A stretch of DNA of 63,309 nt, filler included, from Sphacelaria rigidula (lineage: Eukaryota): NCBI GenBank assembly GCA_964200075.2. It is 7 parts of 7 records of this genome, joined end to end, with 100 filler letters (N's around TTAATTAATTAA, not from the genome) between each part and the next. Parts side by side here need not be neighbours in the genome. Positions count along the whole stretch, not along the records: positions 9,060 to 18,018 come from CAXNAA020009651.1; positions 18,119 to 27,077 come from CAXNAA020009652.1; 5 more parts are not named here. One strand, 5' to 3'. This document shows positions 13,614 through 26,012 of this stretch, piece after piece; position 1 is the stretch's first letter; the number at the start of each line of letters is the position of its first letter. The notes beneath the pieces were generated by a model. That model saw nothing but the letters and a program-made list of their open reading frames with translations, was not told where the DNA came from and made no database searches. The position numbers were made by a program, and so were the translations under genes.

Positions 13614-13745
13614 CTCGCGACACTCGAACGATCCTGCTTTTAGGGCGTTGGTGGTGTCTCCCCGGCACTCGTGGGCAGTCAGGCCGCCGTCTGCCGTACC
13701 GACGAACATGCGATCGCCGGCGCTCACCACCGCGATGGTGGTCAC
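13614..13745 (-). CDS. VPS39: Vps39/Vam6 exon 2
   Basis: gcag|VTTIAVVSAGDRMFVGTADGGLTAHECRGDTTNALKAGSFECRE|gtgagt; the FVGTxDG motif matches the start of the CNH domain. Confidence 0.85.
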
Positions 13746-13915
13746 CTGCGGAGAAGAAATGGAATGCCAGAATAATTAATAATGTCACGAAAAGGAGCAC
13801 AAGCCATTCGCTGTGTCGTGTAGCCTTGACCTCAGACTCAGTCGGACGTTTGGGCACTTTGCGCGCGAGTGCAGTCACGGGCAGTGCGTAACGATTTTAT
13901 GGGTTATGGCTATAC

Positions 13916-14329
13916 TAGAGCTCCGAAATGGTTTCCTCAACCATTAACCAGTTGAATGGTTACGCGTAGCGCACTCATTAACCCGTTAAATTGTACATAA
14001 CGGTTTGGTCATCGAGCGGCGCAGCCGCGAGCCAAAAACCCTCCCCCGGCAGAGGGGACCCCGCCGCAGCGCCTCCGGAGGGCCCTGCTGGAGGCGTCGT
14101 GCCGGAGGCACGTTTATACGCGATTTGGCTTCACTAGAGCTAAGAAATACATCAAATTTGGGCCAATGTTCAAGGGCTGGATGTAGCATACGTAGCCGGT
14201 AACGGCTTATAAAGCCGGTAACGGTAAATAATGGTTGGAAATCATTATCCAATTTTTCATGTAACCATTACCATTATTACCATTATAATGATAGTGGCCA
14301 GTTATAACTGGTACCATTTCCGAGCTCTA
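13916..14329. mobile_element. hAT-type MITE in Vps39 intron 1
   Basis: TIRs TAGAGCTCCGAAATGGT / ACCATTTCCGAGCTCTA; perfect 8-bp TSD GGCTATAC (13908-13915 and 14330-14337). Confidence 0.9.
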
Positions 14330-15014
14330 GGCTATACCCTTTGCAGCGGTGCTTGGAATATGACATTGACATACAGCGCGAATTTCGTGTGTGTCTGTGT
14401 GACTATGCGTGTGCATCCATTTGTTCATTGTGGTACTCGTGTTCGTCACGAGGGAGCATCCAACACAAACACAAACTCGAAAGCAAAGTAATAGAGTTTC
14501 CTGCTGTACTGTATGGCAAAGTACTACGCTGTCGTGTGTTATACGACAGTGCTGCACCAGCAGTCGAACGCTGTCTAACGGAAGACCATCCATATCTAGT
14601 CTTCGCAGCGTTCAGAGCCTCGCGATACCGCACAGCAACGCACAGCACAGTGGTGGTTATGTAGCCTGTGGTCCAAATCGGTTGCAGGATGTGGTTCAAT
14701 ATATTGTGGCATAGGTGACTGCACAGAGCACCAGTGGTGTGAGCGGAATGACGTGAGGCAACATAGCCCTCTCCATCTCCAAGCTCACGATGGAAATTGC
14801 TCGTGTTTAGATTGAGTCCATGCTTGCTTTTCGCCACTTAGTACGCTTCCTAATACGCTTACTAATGATACAGATGTTTCATCAGTATAGTCTTTGTGCA
14901 CAGCAGGTCACTATGATGAAGCAAACGGAAGAATGTGAGGGTGGGTGGTGAGCTGGCGGGTGCCATACGCGGCTCTTTCTGAAGTTCTCTCATTATGAAC
15001 AAAGTCCGGATTAT

Positions 15015-15618
15015 CGTAGGCTGCACATACGATATCACATACGTGTGATGACATTCCGGGCGTAAAAAAAAATATCACACCATGGTGTGATATTGTGTAT
15101 GGGGTGTGATACCTTCTGTGATCGGTGTGATGAAGTAGATCCACAGGACCCCACATGCAGGGCTGTGATAATGTCGCCCGTGTGATAAAGGCACTACTGG
15201 GGGTGTGATGATAAACATGAGGTGTACTAGACAGACTTTCCCCCGCAGCGAGTTGAAAAAACGCCTCTATGGACCGTGGAGCCGCCGCTGGAGTCTGACG
15301 CACTGCAGTCTGGGGCGCGGAGCTTTCAGTAGGCTTGTGTTCCGCATAATTTTCCATGACACTGTCGGTCCCCACAGCTTTGGTACGCAGGTTGAGTGCG
15401 CTTGTGTACGTTGTCACGCGTCATCACACCCGTGTGATAAGCGAGGGCTCCGTGAATGATATGCGACTCAACCCAGGGAGTGTGTTATCTTTTGTAACCA
15501 TGTGATAAATGAGCGCTTTTTTCGGGATTGAAAAGAATAGCACGCGGGTGTGGTATTGCGTAATTTTTCGCAGGGGGTGTGGTATCTTATGAAAGTGTGA
15601 TATCTTACGCAACCTATG
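15015..15618. mobile_element. Degenerate TIR element (CA...TG-like ends) with many GTGTGATA subterminal motifs
   Basis: Left end CGTAGGCTGCACATACGATATCACA vs right-end reverse complement CATAGGTTGCGTAAGATATCACA; repeated (G)TGTG(A/G)TA motifs inside. Confidence 0.5.
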
Positions 15619-16226
15619 GTACTAGTCTGATCTACCTAAAAAAAAATATTAATGCCGCCATTTTCCCTCCTAGATTGGAACCAGGCGCACAATGTCTCGA
15701 CAGTGTTCAAAACTCCTACTTTTCCATGTTGCTGCTAGAAATGTTTGACGAGCGACAATTCGCGAAGGATTAAATATTAAATACGAATTTGGCGAATGAA
15801 CAACAATGCTTACCGACCAAATAGGAAATCAAGTGTCTGGTCCAGCACAAGTAATATACACACATGAAGTCGGGCCGCTCAAGTTCGGATAAGGTAAGAT
15901 GTACTCGTATACACGTAGGTTGTTAGCGAGTATGCCCTGGTGGGATATGCTCGATTATCCGAGGCAGCCGAAAAAAGGTGGTGGTCGCTGCTTCATACTC
16001 ATTTTTGGAGCTGCGATGCTGCCGAGCCAGGTCGTGCCGTGCATGCATATGGCGACAAACAGCCCAAGGGACGGGTAACTGTCAACAATGCACACGGCAT
16101 GTTCTAGTAGAGAACAGCAGCGTATCAGTACGCTGCACATGCCAACTTCAAGCCAGTAGGATGCAAGATACGCTACTCGATTACGGCAGCTCAAAGATAA
16201 AGATTGCTGAATCATCACCGTTTTAA

Positions 16227-16419
16227 CCCTTTTGGAACTCGCGAAAAACAGTACAAACTCCCATATGCGAGTTCGAGTCTGTCACATCAGTATACGTGAA
16301 CTTAGAGTGGGGCCCTGTTTTGGTGAGCTGCATCATCAACTTGCAGAAACATAACCATATCTTGCCCAAGAAAACGTCAAATGTAAATCGTCATGTTTCC
16401 ATCAACGGTTCCAAAAGGG
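16227..16419. mobile_element. piggyBac-like MITE (193 bp)
   Basis: TTAA|CCCTTTTGGAAC ... GTTCCAAAAGGG|CTAA: 12-bp TIRs starting CCC, with a TTAA-type target (one mismatch). Confidence 0.7.
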
Positions 16420-16812
16420 CTAACATTTCGTACGAGTAACAGCTGGACCTCGCAACCTCATTTTTTTTTTTCATGTGTTCCCCGAGAGGATTTACATAAT
16501 CGAAAATTCCTGATCATACGCTTTCAAACACTCACCGTTCGAGGCCGCGATCGTTAGGCGAGGCCACCTCAGTTGCCGAACGACGAGGCCGCCGTAGTTG
16601 CCAAGAGTATCGCTCGAGGTTGAGTAAAAAAATGAACTCATCCAACTCATGGGGTGTTATACTCCGTAATATACAGCACCGTACTGCAATGAACTGTTGC
16701 CTGTGAAGAAGTGTGTATGCTGTGCTGTTGCGGGCAAAAACAGGTCAGCACAGTAGACTTCACAGCAGTCATACGAGGTCTCAGTAAGCCAGATGAGTGC
16801 ACTGCGACTGAC

Positions 16813-16866
16813 CTTCCTGGTGTTGAACCCCAGCAAGGTGGACGCCTCGAAAGCCGCACGAGGCAT
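16813..16866 (-). CDS. VPS39: Vps39/Vam6 first coding exon
   Basis: MPRAAFEASTLLGFNTRK|gtcagt; N-terminal AF(E) as in the Vps39/TGFBRAP1 family; phase 0 joins exon 2. Confidence 0.75.
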
Positions 16867-17531
16867 CTTCACTCACAAGAACACTGCAAATAGCACCACC
16901 CCTGGACGCTGGACCAGTGCCTGTACCGTGTTAATGCTGCATGTATTGTGAAATATCTCGGTCAGAAACGACTGCGCAACAACAGCACACCCGTGAGTGA
17001 AGTGTTGTTTTCAGTCTCGACTTGATCTCAGCGCGCAACGTAGTATCCTGCCGGTAGCAATCCAATTACTCCGCTCGCCCTGCCGCCTGCGCTGTACTCT
17101 TGCTGTGTGACTTTGTTTCGATATTATTTGATGAAGCTTCTCAGACCCCGGTCACTTGAACTGTCCCCTCCTTAAGCGTGGTGTTCGCAGTCGCCTTCTC
17201 CTCGAGAAAACATTACCTGCTGATATGCAAGAGGTAGTATTGTATATCGAGACCGATACGCAGTATTCAATGTAAATTTAGTGCCAAATGTTGGCATTTA
17301 TCAGTAGCAGCATCAAGAAACCGAAATGTTTATGAAAAGCATACTTCACAGCAGTCATTCTTCAGTGAAATATGGACAAGTCTTGGACAAGTTGGATCAT
17401 GGCAACAACTCTAGCGCATACTGCTATTTTCGCGTTGAAGTGGTCATACTCCCATCTTGGACACAACACGAGGATCCGCTGCCGCACTCCTGCTCTGTAC
17501 TGCCTGGCCACACCGACAAGAACGGAGTCTC

Positions 17532-17609
17532 ATGGATTCGGCTGCCAATATGCCTCGTGTTGACTTCCGATTTGCGTGTGCCGAAGATACAGATGAGATC
17601 GTGGATTTG
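17532..17609 (+). CDS. Probable first coding exon of a GNAT-family N-acetyltransferase
   Basis: MDSAANMPRVDFRFACAEDTDEIVDL|gtgagc; the (F)RxAxxEDxxxIxxL pattern fits the GNAT beta1-alpha1 start; the start could instead be the ATG at 17550. Confidence 0.6.
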
Positions 17610-18018
17610 GTGAGCCGTTATCCGACGCGATCCGCCAAGTAACAGTCGGAGCCGTCGCTAGTTTTAGTTTTCACGAGGAATCCGAGCTAAGATCCGTTGG
17701 TGTTTCGTCCTCTGTGGTAATGACAATATACTAGCTCTTATCTTGTCGTTTCCATACCGTTTGCATGATATGCTTGGGTTTTCATGGCAATCGACGCTCA
17801 TCAGAGACTCAATGCGATGAAGAGGCCCTTAATAGCTTTGCATACTATCAATGTTCAAGTTCCACGCCGCAAAAGCAGGCGCTCTCGGATCCGTCGGTCC
17901 AACAACACAAAATATGTGACCGCGGAGTCAGAAAAGCCAAAGCGCAACCTTTCACGGTTAGGACAAATCATCACGACTCAAAATCATCAAATTCACGATT
18001 TCTTCGGCCTGATTGCCC

Positions 18019-18118
18019 NNNNNNNNNNNNNNNNNNNNNNNNNNNNNNNNNNNNNNNNNNNNTTAATTAATTAANNNNNNNNNNNNNNNNNNNNNNNNNN
18101 NNNNNNNNNNNNNNNNNN
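18019..18118. other. Artificial contig spacer
   Basis: Same 100-bp N/TTAATTAATTAA linker. Confidence 0.98.
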
Positions 18119-19066
18119 GTCAACTTCTTGTACTAAAACCAAGTAATTTCCTGACGAATCATTATTTGTCCTAACCGTGGAAAGGTGTAGACGGGCGCCC
18201 AGAATAGATGGGACGACAACACACACACACATACGTACATTCGTTCCCAACTACCCCATGCATGATCACTCCCGAACACGCCCTGCCTGCATCCCCCACA
18301 ACAAGGGGTTTTCAGGAGTTGTAAAAAACGCAGTGCTCGAGGGAATTGCACGGGTGTGGACGGATGGATCATCACTTCAACACCATGCCGATAGCTAGCA
18401 AGATCGTAGTGCCGACAGAACAACAGTAGTGCAGTACGACCAACCCGCACCTGAACACAGGGTTGCACAGGTTTCAGGTATTTCAGTCATCAGGCAGTTA
18501 TTTGCCAGGCAAGCTGTGCTTAGCCGAGCAAGTCATTTGCGTGGTTCACAGATATATGATTTCCGACTTGATTGCCGCTATGCCAAGATGAACTCGTCGT
18601 TTTCCGCCAGCTAGCATCCAAGGGCAGTACGGCACGGAGCACAAAGGAGTGGAGCTACACTGTTGTCTCTGTCTGCCTTCTCCGTTTGACGACGACCAAC
18701 ACAGAGCAGGAAGATCTTCCAAGCCATATCCAGAACTGAGGGATTTAGCTTTGACCAATCACGCGGCTTCGTCTCCAATTTTAAATTTTCAAAAAAAAAA
18801 CTTGAACATAGAGTTCCGCCCCAACTTCAACCCCATCATTCCTTGAACAAGCTCGTCCCCAGGCACGAAAGTACAAAGGAAAGCGTATCTTTCTCTTCCA
18901 GCCGGCAACGGTCTACATTCAACTCGAACTCTACACAAAAATAGGGGTCGTGCTCCGGGCTCGCCGGTTGAACTACCCCCTGCACCCTACGAGGCCACAA
19001 CGCACTCCCTGAGTTACTTAGTTTGTATATCTCTATCATCAGTACCGCTAACAACAAACAAAAAAG

Positions 19067-19265
19067 ATGCAGTCTGTAGCGTTCTTCGTTGCCATGATGG
19101 CTGTGGCCAACGCCAGCTTTCTCGGCGACAGGGGCTTCAAGATGAAGCTGAGCTCGATCAATGAGGAGGGCGAGAAGTTCTCGTACAAGAGCCGAGAGGA
19201 CCTTAACGAAGAGGGACCCACCTTCACGATCGATGTCTCTGACCACTCCCTCTCCCAGGGCGTCG
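19067..19265 (+). CDS. Exon 1 of an uncharacterised signal-peptide-bearing predicted beta-barrel protein
   Basis: MQSVAFFVAMMAVANA-SFLGDRGFKMKLSS...SQGV; donor G|gtgagt, phase 1; GC3-rich codons. Confidence 0.85.
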
Positions 19266-20746
19266 GTGAGTCATAGCATCGCACTAGCATTGTTGGTGGG
19301 GTGTGTGCCGTAGGTGACTGCGGGATGTTGGATGTTCCGTGTACGAAATTTTGTTCGGTATCGTGGATCCTACATGAGGAGGGTGTATCCCTTTTGCTGT
19401 GTTGTACTGGCGTGTGCGTGACGGGAAGAACTCGAGGCCGATATGTACTGTCTCTTGGTTGCTGTTGAGGGCTGGAAGCATGGGCGTGAGCCACACGAGC
19501 GTGATATCCTTGTGCCGTGCGCGGTTTGTTGTGTGGGCCGGTCGACTGGCTGTCCTACAATATGTCGACCAGGGCGCCATAATGCTTCCGTGCATGTTCT
19601 CACACAATCAGCTGCCCTTGGTCACGGTACACATTAAACATTTGGCAAGAGGGTGGTCGGTTTGGGCGCGCCAGCGTGCAGTGATCTCATCTTCGTGCAG
19701 CGCACGCTGTACTAGCTGTTGTAGCACACTGTACCGAGGTATGGGCTAAGCGCGCATTTGGTGTGTTAGTATCCGATCATTCGCATCCCTCAACTCTCTG
19801 CTTCCACCTTACATGGGTGCGGCGTGAAATCCAACGATTTTTCATGCATGACGAGAAAACAAGTCCACTCGAACTATTCATGTTCCGTGAGAGAATCTGA
19901 AGGGTTGTGTGTACATGACTGCAACTCACTACTGTAGTTCAGCTATGTAGCTGCGAGCGTTCTTGCAACTAGCGTCTTCTCGTGTTGCGCCTTCAATTTT
20001 TGATCGCTGACTTCGGCAAACGCTGGCATCCTGCCACGCAAGCCCGCGGACATTCACTCACCGCCATCGGGTTTCCGTGGTGTTGAAGTTGGAGACATTG
20101 ATCTAAAGGTGGCACACGCTCGCCCCACCGCCTGTACCAACACAACCTTGAGTTCCAACATGTTCGCACCATAAGATGACTATCGTCACATATTCGAAGC
20201 GCGGCACTCCATTTGGCGGCGCCTCGACGCTGCGCGCGCGCCTTGCTGGTTGTCCTTGCCATATATCAGCTGGCCCGCGTGTGCTGCTCTACAACAGTGC
20301 ATGCATGAGATTTAAAACCCAACCCAGTATGTTTTGATCAGCTGGTACGGCTGGCACGTCCGGAATCAACACGTGGCGTGGCGTCCGCTGGTCGCACGCG
20401 CTGGTGACGATCATGTGGTTGTGCACTGTTCGAGTTTTCACAGATTCTGAACATGAACCAATTGTACCAAGGCTGCTCCGCTCGTACAAATCTGTGGTCC
20501 AAGTCATTCATTCCCATTCCAGAGCGTTTTGGGGTCAGAAGGCTTGGTGTCGATCAGCCTTGATCTCTTTCGAGGGTGCTATGCTGCGTGCATGTCTTCG
20601 TTTTGCCCCACAGGTCCCCGTTTGCCTTCTACTTCCGTGTTGATCGCTTGCGTATCAAGCATGCTATGTCGAATCTGACTCGTCATTTTTTTCGCGATTC
20701 CGTCCACTGGCTCCTTTCCGACCCTGGTGCATTTCCTGGTTCACAG

Positions 20747-20825
20747 GATCCTTGAATCTTGAGGGCAAGTTCCAGAGGGAAGTGATGGACAACGTGGATG
20801 CCGGTGTGGTGTACAAGTTCAACGA
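20747..20825 (+). CDS. Exon 2 of the predicted beta-barrel protein
   Basis: tcacag|(G)SLNLEGKFQREVMDNVDAGVVYKFN(E)|gtgagt; phase 1 in and phase 2 out match both neighbours. Confidence 0.85.
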
Positions 20826-22600
20826 GTGAGTTGCTGCTACTATCACCCGCGCAGTTTTGGAGTTGCCGTGAATTGTCCGGTTTGTTGGAACAGAGCAGTA
20901 TAGTGGATAGTAACAGACGTACGAGGGGCGCCGGTGTTTCGAGGACGTGTCTGCCTTGATTCGGTGACGAGGCTTGGAACCTTGGATATCGTTGTCTGTG
21001 AACACCCATCCATGGGGGGATGGCACCTGCGGTATTTTTTGCGCCGCCCACAGTACAGCGGGGTCACTAACGCAGTGCAGTCAAAACCAACAGTTACAAC
21101 CCCGGTATACCATGCGAGTACCTACCATTAAAGTGGTGATACCAGTACAGTACGAGGTCCCGGCATGGTGCGCTCATGTCCTGCGAGCGACCCCTCATCC
21201 GTTCTGGGACCTCCACTGTACAGTACAGCAGGAACCGAGACGGGGTGTATGAGCCGTTGGTATGTGGCTTGGACAAACTAATCTTGAGCTTGCTTTTCAG
21301 CCTTTTTAAAACCGGGCCTCCATAACGACCAATGAGGCTAGTAAAGAATGACGTGTCGGCTTCAGCATGAAACCGAGGCGTGTTGCCGACAATCCGCGTA
21401 TGAAACCGAAGGTCATGATGAATACTCGGAATTTCCCATTTCATCTTCTGGTGCAGGGTGCGCATTAGGTGTACATCTGATATAGAAAGCAGTATGGATC
21501 GCGGTAGAGAACTTCCAACACGAAGCGGCGACCGGCGAGCGGCCCACCACTCCTGGCTTGTATAATACTACTAATATTGTCCCCGCGACCTCTCCACACA
21601 GCCCTTCGTGGTCGGGGTCGGCCGCTAATTCCCTTTTTTGTTGCATGCGGCAACGGTGCAGTACGCCTCCCCGACTGCAGCAGCAGCTGCTGCCGCTGCA
21701 CAGATACCACTCCCTTGCACGTTCTGGCCAATTCTAAGCGACCAACATCAGCTGCCTATATTCCGCTTGTTCATCCTCGCCCACTAAATGTTAACTTCAC
21801 ACTGAAAGTCGTCGTCATGAGGATGAGCAGGATTCACAACGCTAGCTCAAGTCCTGCCAATTTTTTCCGCTCCACCCTGCGGTGGTGTAGATACTACGTT
21901 TAAATATAAAAACGCGGCTTGAACTCCCCCGGAAAATCTCGGGAACGCCATACTGAATGGAAGAAATACCACGAAGCGAAGCCACAAGTACCCTGCATTT
22001 GGAAACGTGGGGAGGGTCCAAGACACCGGGAACCGAGTTAGATACCTCTAGTCGGGGTCGGCCTAACAGGGTTGGAGCAGGGCCATACAGAAAATGACCC
22101 GAGGAGTATCTTCCGCCATAGATACATGCGCATCCATTCTTATTTCGTATGGTCGAGGTTCCACGCAGGTTGGAACTGTCGCAGGTTGGAACTGTCGCAA
22201 AGAGACTCGAGATGCACATGCAATTCATGTACCAACTAGTGCCGTTGGAGGTCTTTTGAGTCCAGGGGGTGGGGATCAAATGTCTTCCAACCCCAGCTCA
22301 TCGGTATCCCTGAACGTCACAATACATGATCGGATCTTTCGCATGCAGTCAGAGGGAGTGATGCGGGTCTACTATGGACGCTTGCTTTTGCAAGTGAAAA
22401 TGATGAACGTTAACGTGAAACAAATCCTAGTTGATGGTGTTTTGCAGTCTCGAGTTTGGAGGAGGCAAAAGATACTCGTCAGGATGGACTAGGGGTGGAG
22501 CAGTGGAATGATCCAAGGTCAACTTTCAAACAGTGAGATACAGACCGTCTCCTAACCCTCTCTTCCCCTGGACGCTGTGTGTGGCACAACTCCCTTCCAG

Positions 22601-23189
22601 GTGCCGTGGGTTACCAACAACGGTATGGGTGAGTACCGTCCAGGATGTCGGGGACGACATGACCGCGCACGTACGGGCTGATGTGGACGTGGAGAGCCGC
22701 AACGCCGTCGTTGACTGCCGCGTCAGCAAGGGCCGCGACTCGGTGGCGTGCGACTTCGACACTGCCGACAACACCGTGGGACCCCTGCGCATCACCAAGC
22801 ACCTCGACCTCAACGGCAAGAACGTCATCGTCCAGCCCACGGTCGACGTGCAAGGCCAGACGGGCAAGTGCGTGATCGCCGCCGAGGTGGACGGAGACTG
22901 CACCTCCGCCGAGCTCACGCTCAACCACTCCGAGGAGTCCGCGGTACTGGAGGTGTGCCACCGCCTCGACGACGACAACGTGGTCTCACCTAAGGTGGAC
23001 CTCAAGACGGGTGACATCGCCGTGCGCCTCAACCGCCAGTTGGGTGACGACCGCGCCGTGAAGGTGACCGCTATGCGCGAGAACGTGGACTGGGAATACT
23101 TCGAGGGTGCGTGGCAGATCCGGGGAAACATCCCGCTCACCAAGAGCGGCGACTCCGCCATCTCCTTCAAGCGCTCCATCACCCTTTAA
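22601..23189 (+). CDS. Terminal exon 3 of the predicted beta-barrel protein (OEP24-like character)
   Basis: cttccag| phase 2 into CRGLPTTVWV...WQIRGNIPLTKSGDSAISFKRSITL*; strong coding codon bias; spliced CDS of 867 nt gives 288 aa. Confidence 0.9.
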
Positions 23190-25579
23190 AAACTTTTCTC
23201 GCAGACTCGGTCTACGAGAGGAACGAGGGACTTGGAATGGGAAAGATATGGAGACCGATGATCGCTTCTGTTGCCCTTGAAGGCTCCTGCACCCGGCATG
23301 GGTGCTGTGGCCGTGGAGGAAAGGAGGGGGGAGAGGGCGATCGCGTGATGTTCATTCGTCGGAAACATCGCAAACTGTGCCGTTGATCCTGTGTATTTTT
23401 TTGTAGTCCCTTGGATGTTTCGAGTCTTGCGCGTGTTGGAAATTCGAAACGCAACAACGAACGCGTACGAGCGGAGCGTAATATAGAAGCCCCCAATGGC
23501 GCAGGGAGGCGATTAATTTAGAGAGCTAGAACCGGGAGCACCCCGAGAGGCGTTGGATTGTGTTTTTGAGTTATTTAGAATGAAGCAATGACCGAGGACT
23601 CCGCTACGGGCGTTAAATCTGTTGGCCGTGTTATACGATGGATCGCAAGGCTAACGCTTTGGCACCCTCCCGGCCTGTAGTTCAAAGAATAGAAAATTAC
23701 TTGGAAGATTTCAAGCTGCAGCGTCAAGGATGCGTAGAGGGGTGCTTGGTGTGCGTGTTGTGTTTTCATGGGAGACTGTGTACAAACTACAATTAAAAAG
23801 AGCTAGAGAATACACTCGGTTACAATACAGGATAGAAATAGTGTTGAGTCGTCCGAGGTGCGTTTTTATCATTTTCCGATGAGCACTGACTTGATCTTAC
23901 AAACTGGTTGTCGTGTGTACGGCAATCGACGCACCCGCCAGTGTGTCATCCCGTGTCTCCGGAATGTCTTTCCCGACTGGCGTGACGGAGAGCACATCAC
24001 GTGTGCAGGTTTATGACCCCGTTTCTTTCGGTCCAGACCCCCACTTGGCGCAGCATGTATGTGCCCGTCGTGCAGTGTTACTGCTTTCTCCTCACAACTT
24101 CTCCGTTCACACTAGGCTGTAGACGAGTGAAGGTCCATGAACTGGATCAGATGCCTTGGATCTTGAAGACATGTTCCCCCCCCGCTAAAAGTCTGTTGAG
24201 CGGAATTTTTTTGACACGCAGGACCCCCTCCCCTCCCGTAAGACGATTTTTCAACAAGTGCCATTTTTTTTGTGATTCTTCTTGTGGTTTTTGCGCGGTT
24301 CTTCCGAGTGTTTGAAAGATTGATCAACAAACACTGAAGGGAACCGAAACGTTAGGTGGGCTCTGCGAGATCCGGATGTACGCCTCCGCTCCATGCCCAC
24401 CATATCCCGACGACCTCGGATCCTGCCAACACCCACACATGCATGTATAATACCCGAGCGCACGGTAGCGACAGCCTGTAGCAAAAACAGCAACGTCATC
24501 TCACGCCGCGCCAAATGTCCTGGACTACAAGTGGGACGTAGTCGAGGTACATGTAGCGCAATACATTATCCCTTCATTGTAATCCTGGGTGGTGATGAGT
24601 TCGGAGGGGCGGTGTGTCCGTCATCTCAGCGGTCTCCATACGAAGGATCTCTGAACGCGGCATCTGACGGCATCCGCCAACGCCTCGGCAATATACGAGG
24701 GGACAGTAGGCTGGGTGTCCCCCCCCCATCGAAAACGCATTATTTTTAATCTTTGAGCCTACGCGTCCCGAAATATATTTTTGACCGACCCTTGCCCCCC
24801 ACCCCCCAAATAAACGACGGTATTTAGAGTAGATACAGTATCGAACTCGGTCCCCGGTTTCCTGGTCAAGTCGCTGGCTCTGGGTTTTGTACTATTTTGT
24901 ACGTAGAAGGACGGCGATTCATAGGAGGGCCTAGCCTGGCGGTCAAAAATCACTCATCATCTGATGAATCGCCATCACTTTTCACTTGAAAAACTAAAGC
25001 AAAACAAACCAGGAAACCGGGAAGCGAGTTTGAAATACCGGTTCTAGTAAAAAGCGGTTTCAGACTCGGCAATTGATCTATCGTTTGACCTGGTCAATGG
25101 TCAATACATCTACTCTAACATTTCTCGGATATGCTTCCCCCGCTCCCCGAAAGAGTCCTGGTCCGGCGGGAACCCGGCGTGCTCCGTCCCGGCTTTGCAG
25201 GGGCGGACCCCCGATGGGGTTGGCGTCGGTTGGCGATGACGCTAATAATATAAAACACGCCACTCACGGCGTAAGCTATAGGCAACCAGATCACCGATGT
25301 TTTTGCGCGCTTGCGTTTTTTTTGCGGTAACCATGATCCCAGTCGAGCGAGATCGGGTTGTGCGGCGTGGGAGAACCTCAACTCCGCACAATAGGGATGG
25401 TCATAGGACGTGGTGTTTAGATTGTGAGACACTAATGAGGCAGAGTATAAGCCGTGGTTGTCTCTGGAAGTGGCGGTATCAGAAATTTAATGAAGCGACT
25501 CATTGAAGGATGTCATCCAAATGCAAGATAATCAGTGGGCTTCGGACCGAACAATCTTAGCAGAATGAAGCTGACTGTT

Positions 25580-26012
25580 CATGCGACTCACCGAACACAC
25601 CACGGCGCTTTGCGCTTGGTGACTGATTTCGAGCCTGGTCCAGTGAAAACCCGACGTGCTCTGTCGAGTGATGCTACGGTATAGGGGTGCACATATTTTT
25701 TTACCGAGGTTAGAATTGTTAGGTGCCCTTCATCTCATCCAAAACACGACGTATGAAAATATACAAGAGTACGCCAGGTTTACTATTCCAATGTGCTGGG
25801 AATATCCCAACTTAATCTGCAAACGGGGATGCCCTGACCCATATTCTTGTGATTCTAGAATCGTTAGGAACCCCTGAACCAGACAAAACTTCGCGAAAAA
25901 AGTGCACCCCTACCGTAGCATTGCTCTGTCCCGGCTTTGTAGGGATGCGAGGTCAATGGTCTTATGACTATGACAACATGCATGGTCATGGGTACACCAC
26001 GCCCCCCCCCCC
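25580..26012 (-). repeat. Fragmented copies of the G-run-headed dispersed repeat
   Basis: 25580-25670 and 25920-26012 match 9186-9340 and 27178-27317; another fragment near 25155-25205. Confidence 0.7.

Noticed and set aside
16536-16620. Extra Vps39 exon ending at a gtgagt donor
   Set aside because: The required phase-0 frame contains a TAA stop.
22526-23182. 218-aa minus-strand ORF
   Set aside because: Antisense shadow of the GC3-rich + strand exon; splice signals and codon bias support the + strand.
24955-25005. Hammerhead ribozyme at CTGATGA...GAAA
   Set aside because: Stem II does not pair; the other CTGATGA sites I checked (about 10480, 11447, 52446) also lack the fold.
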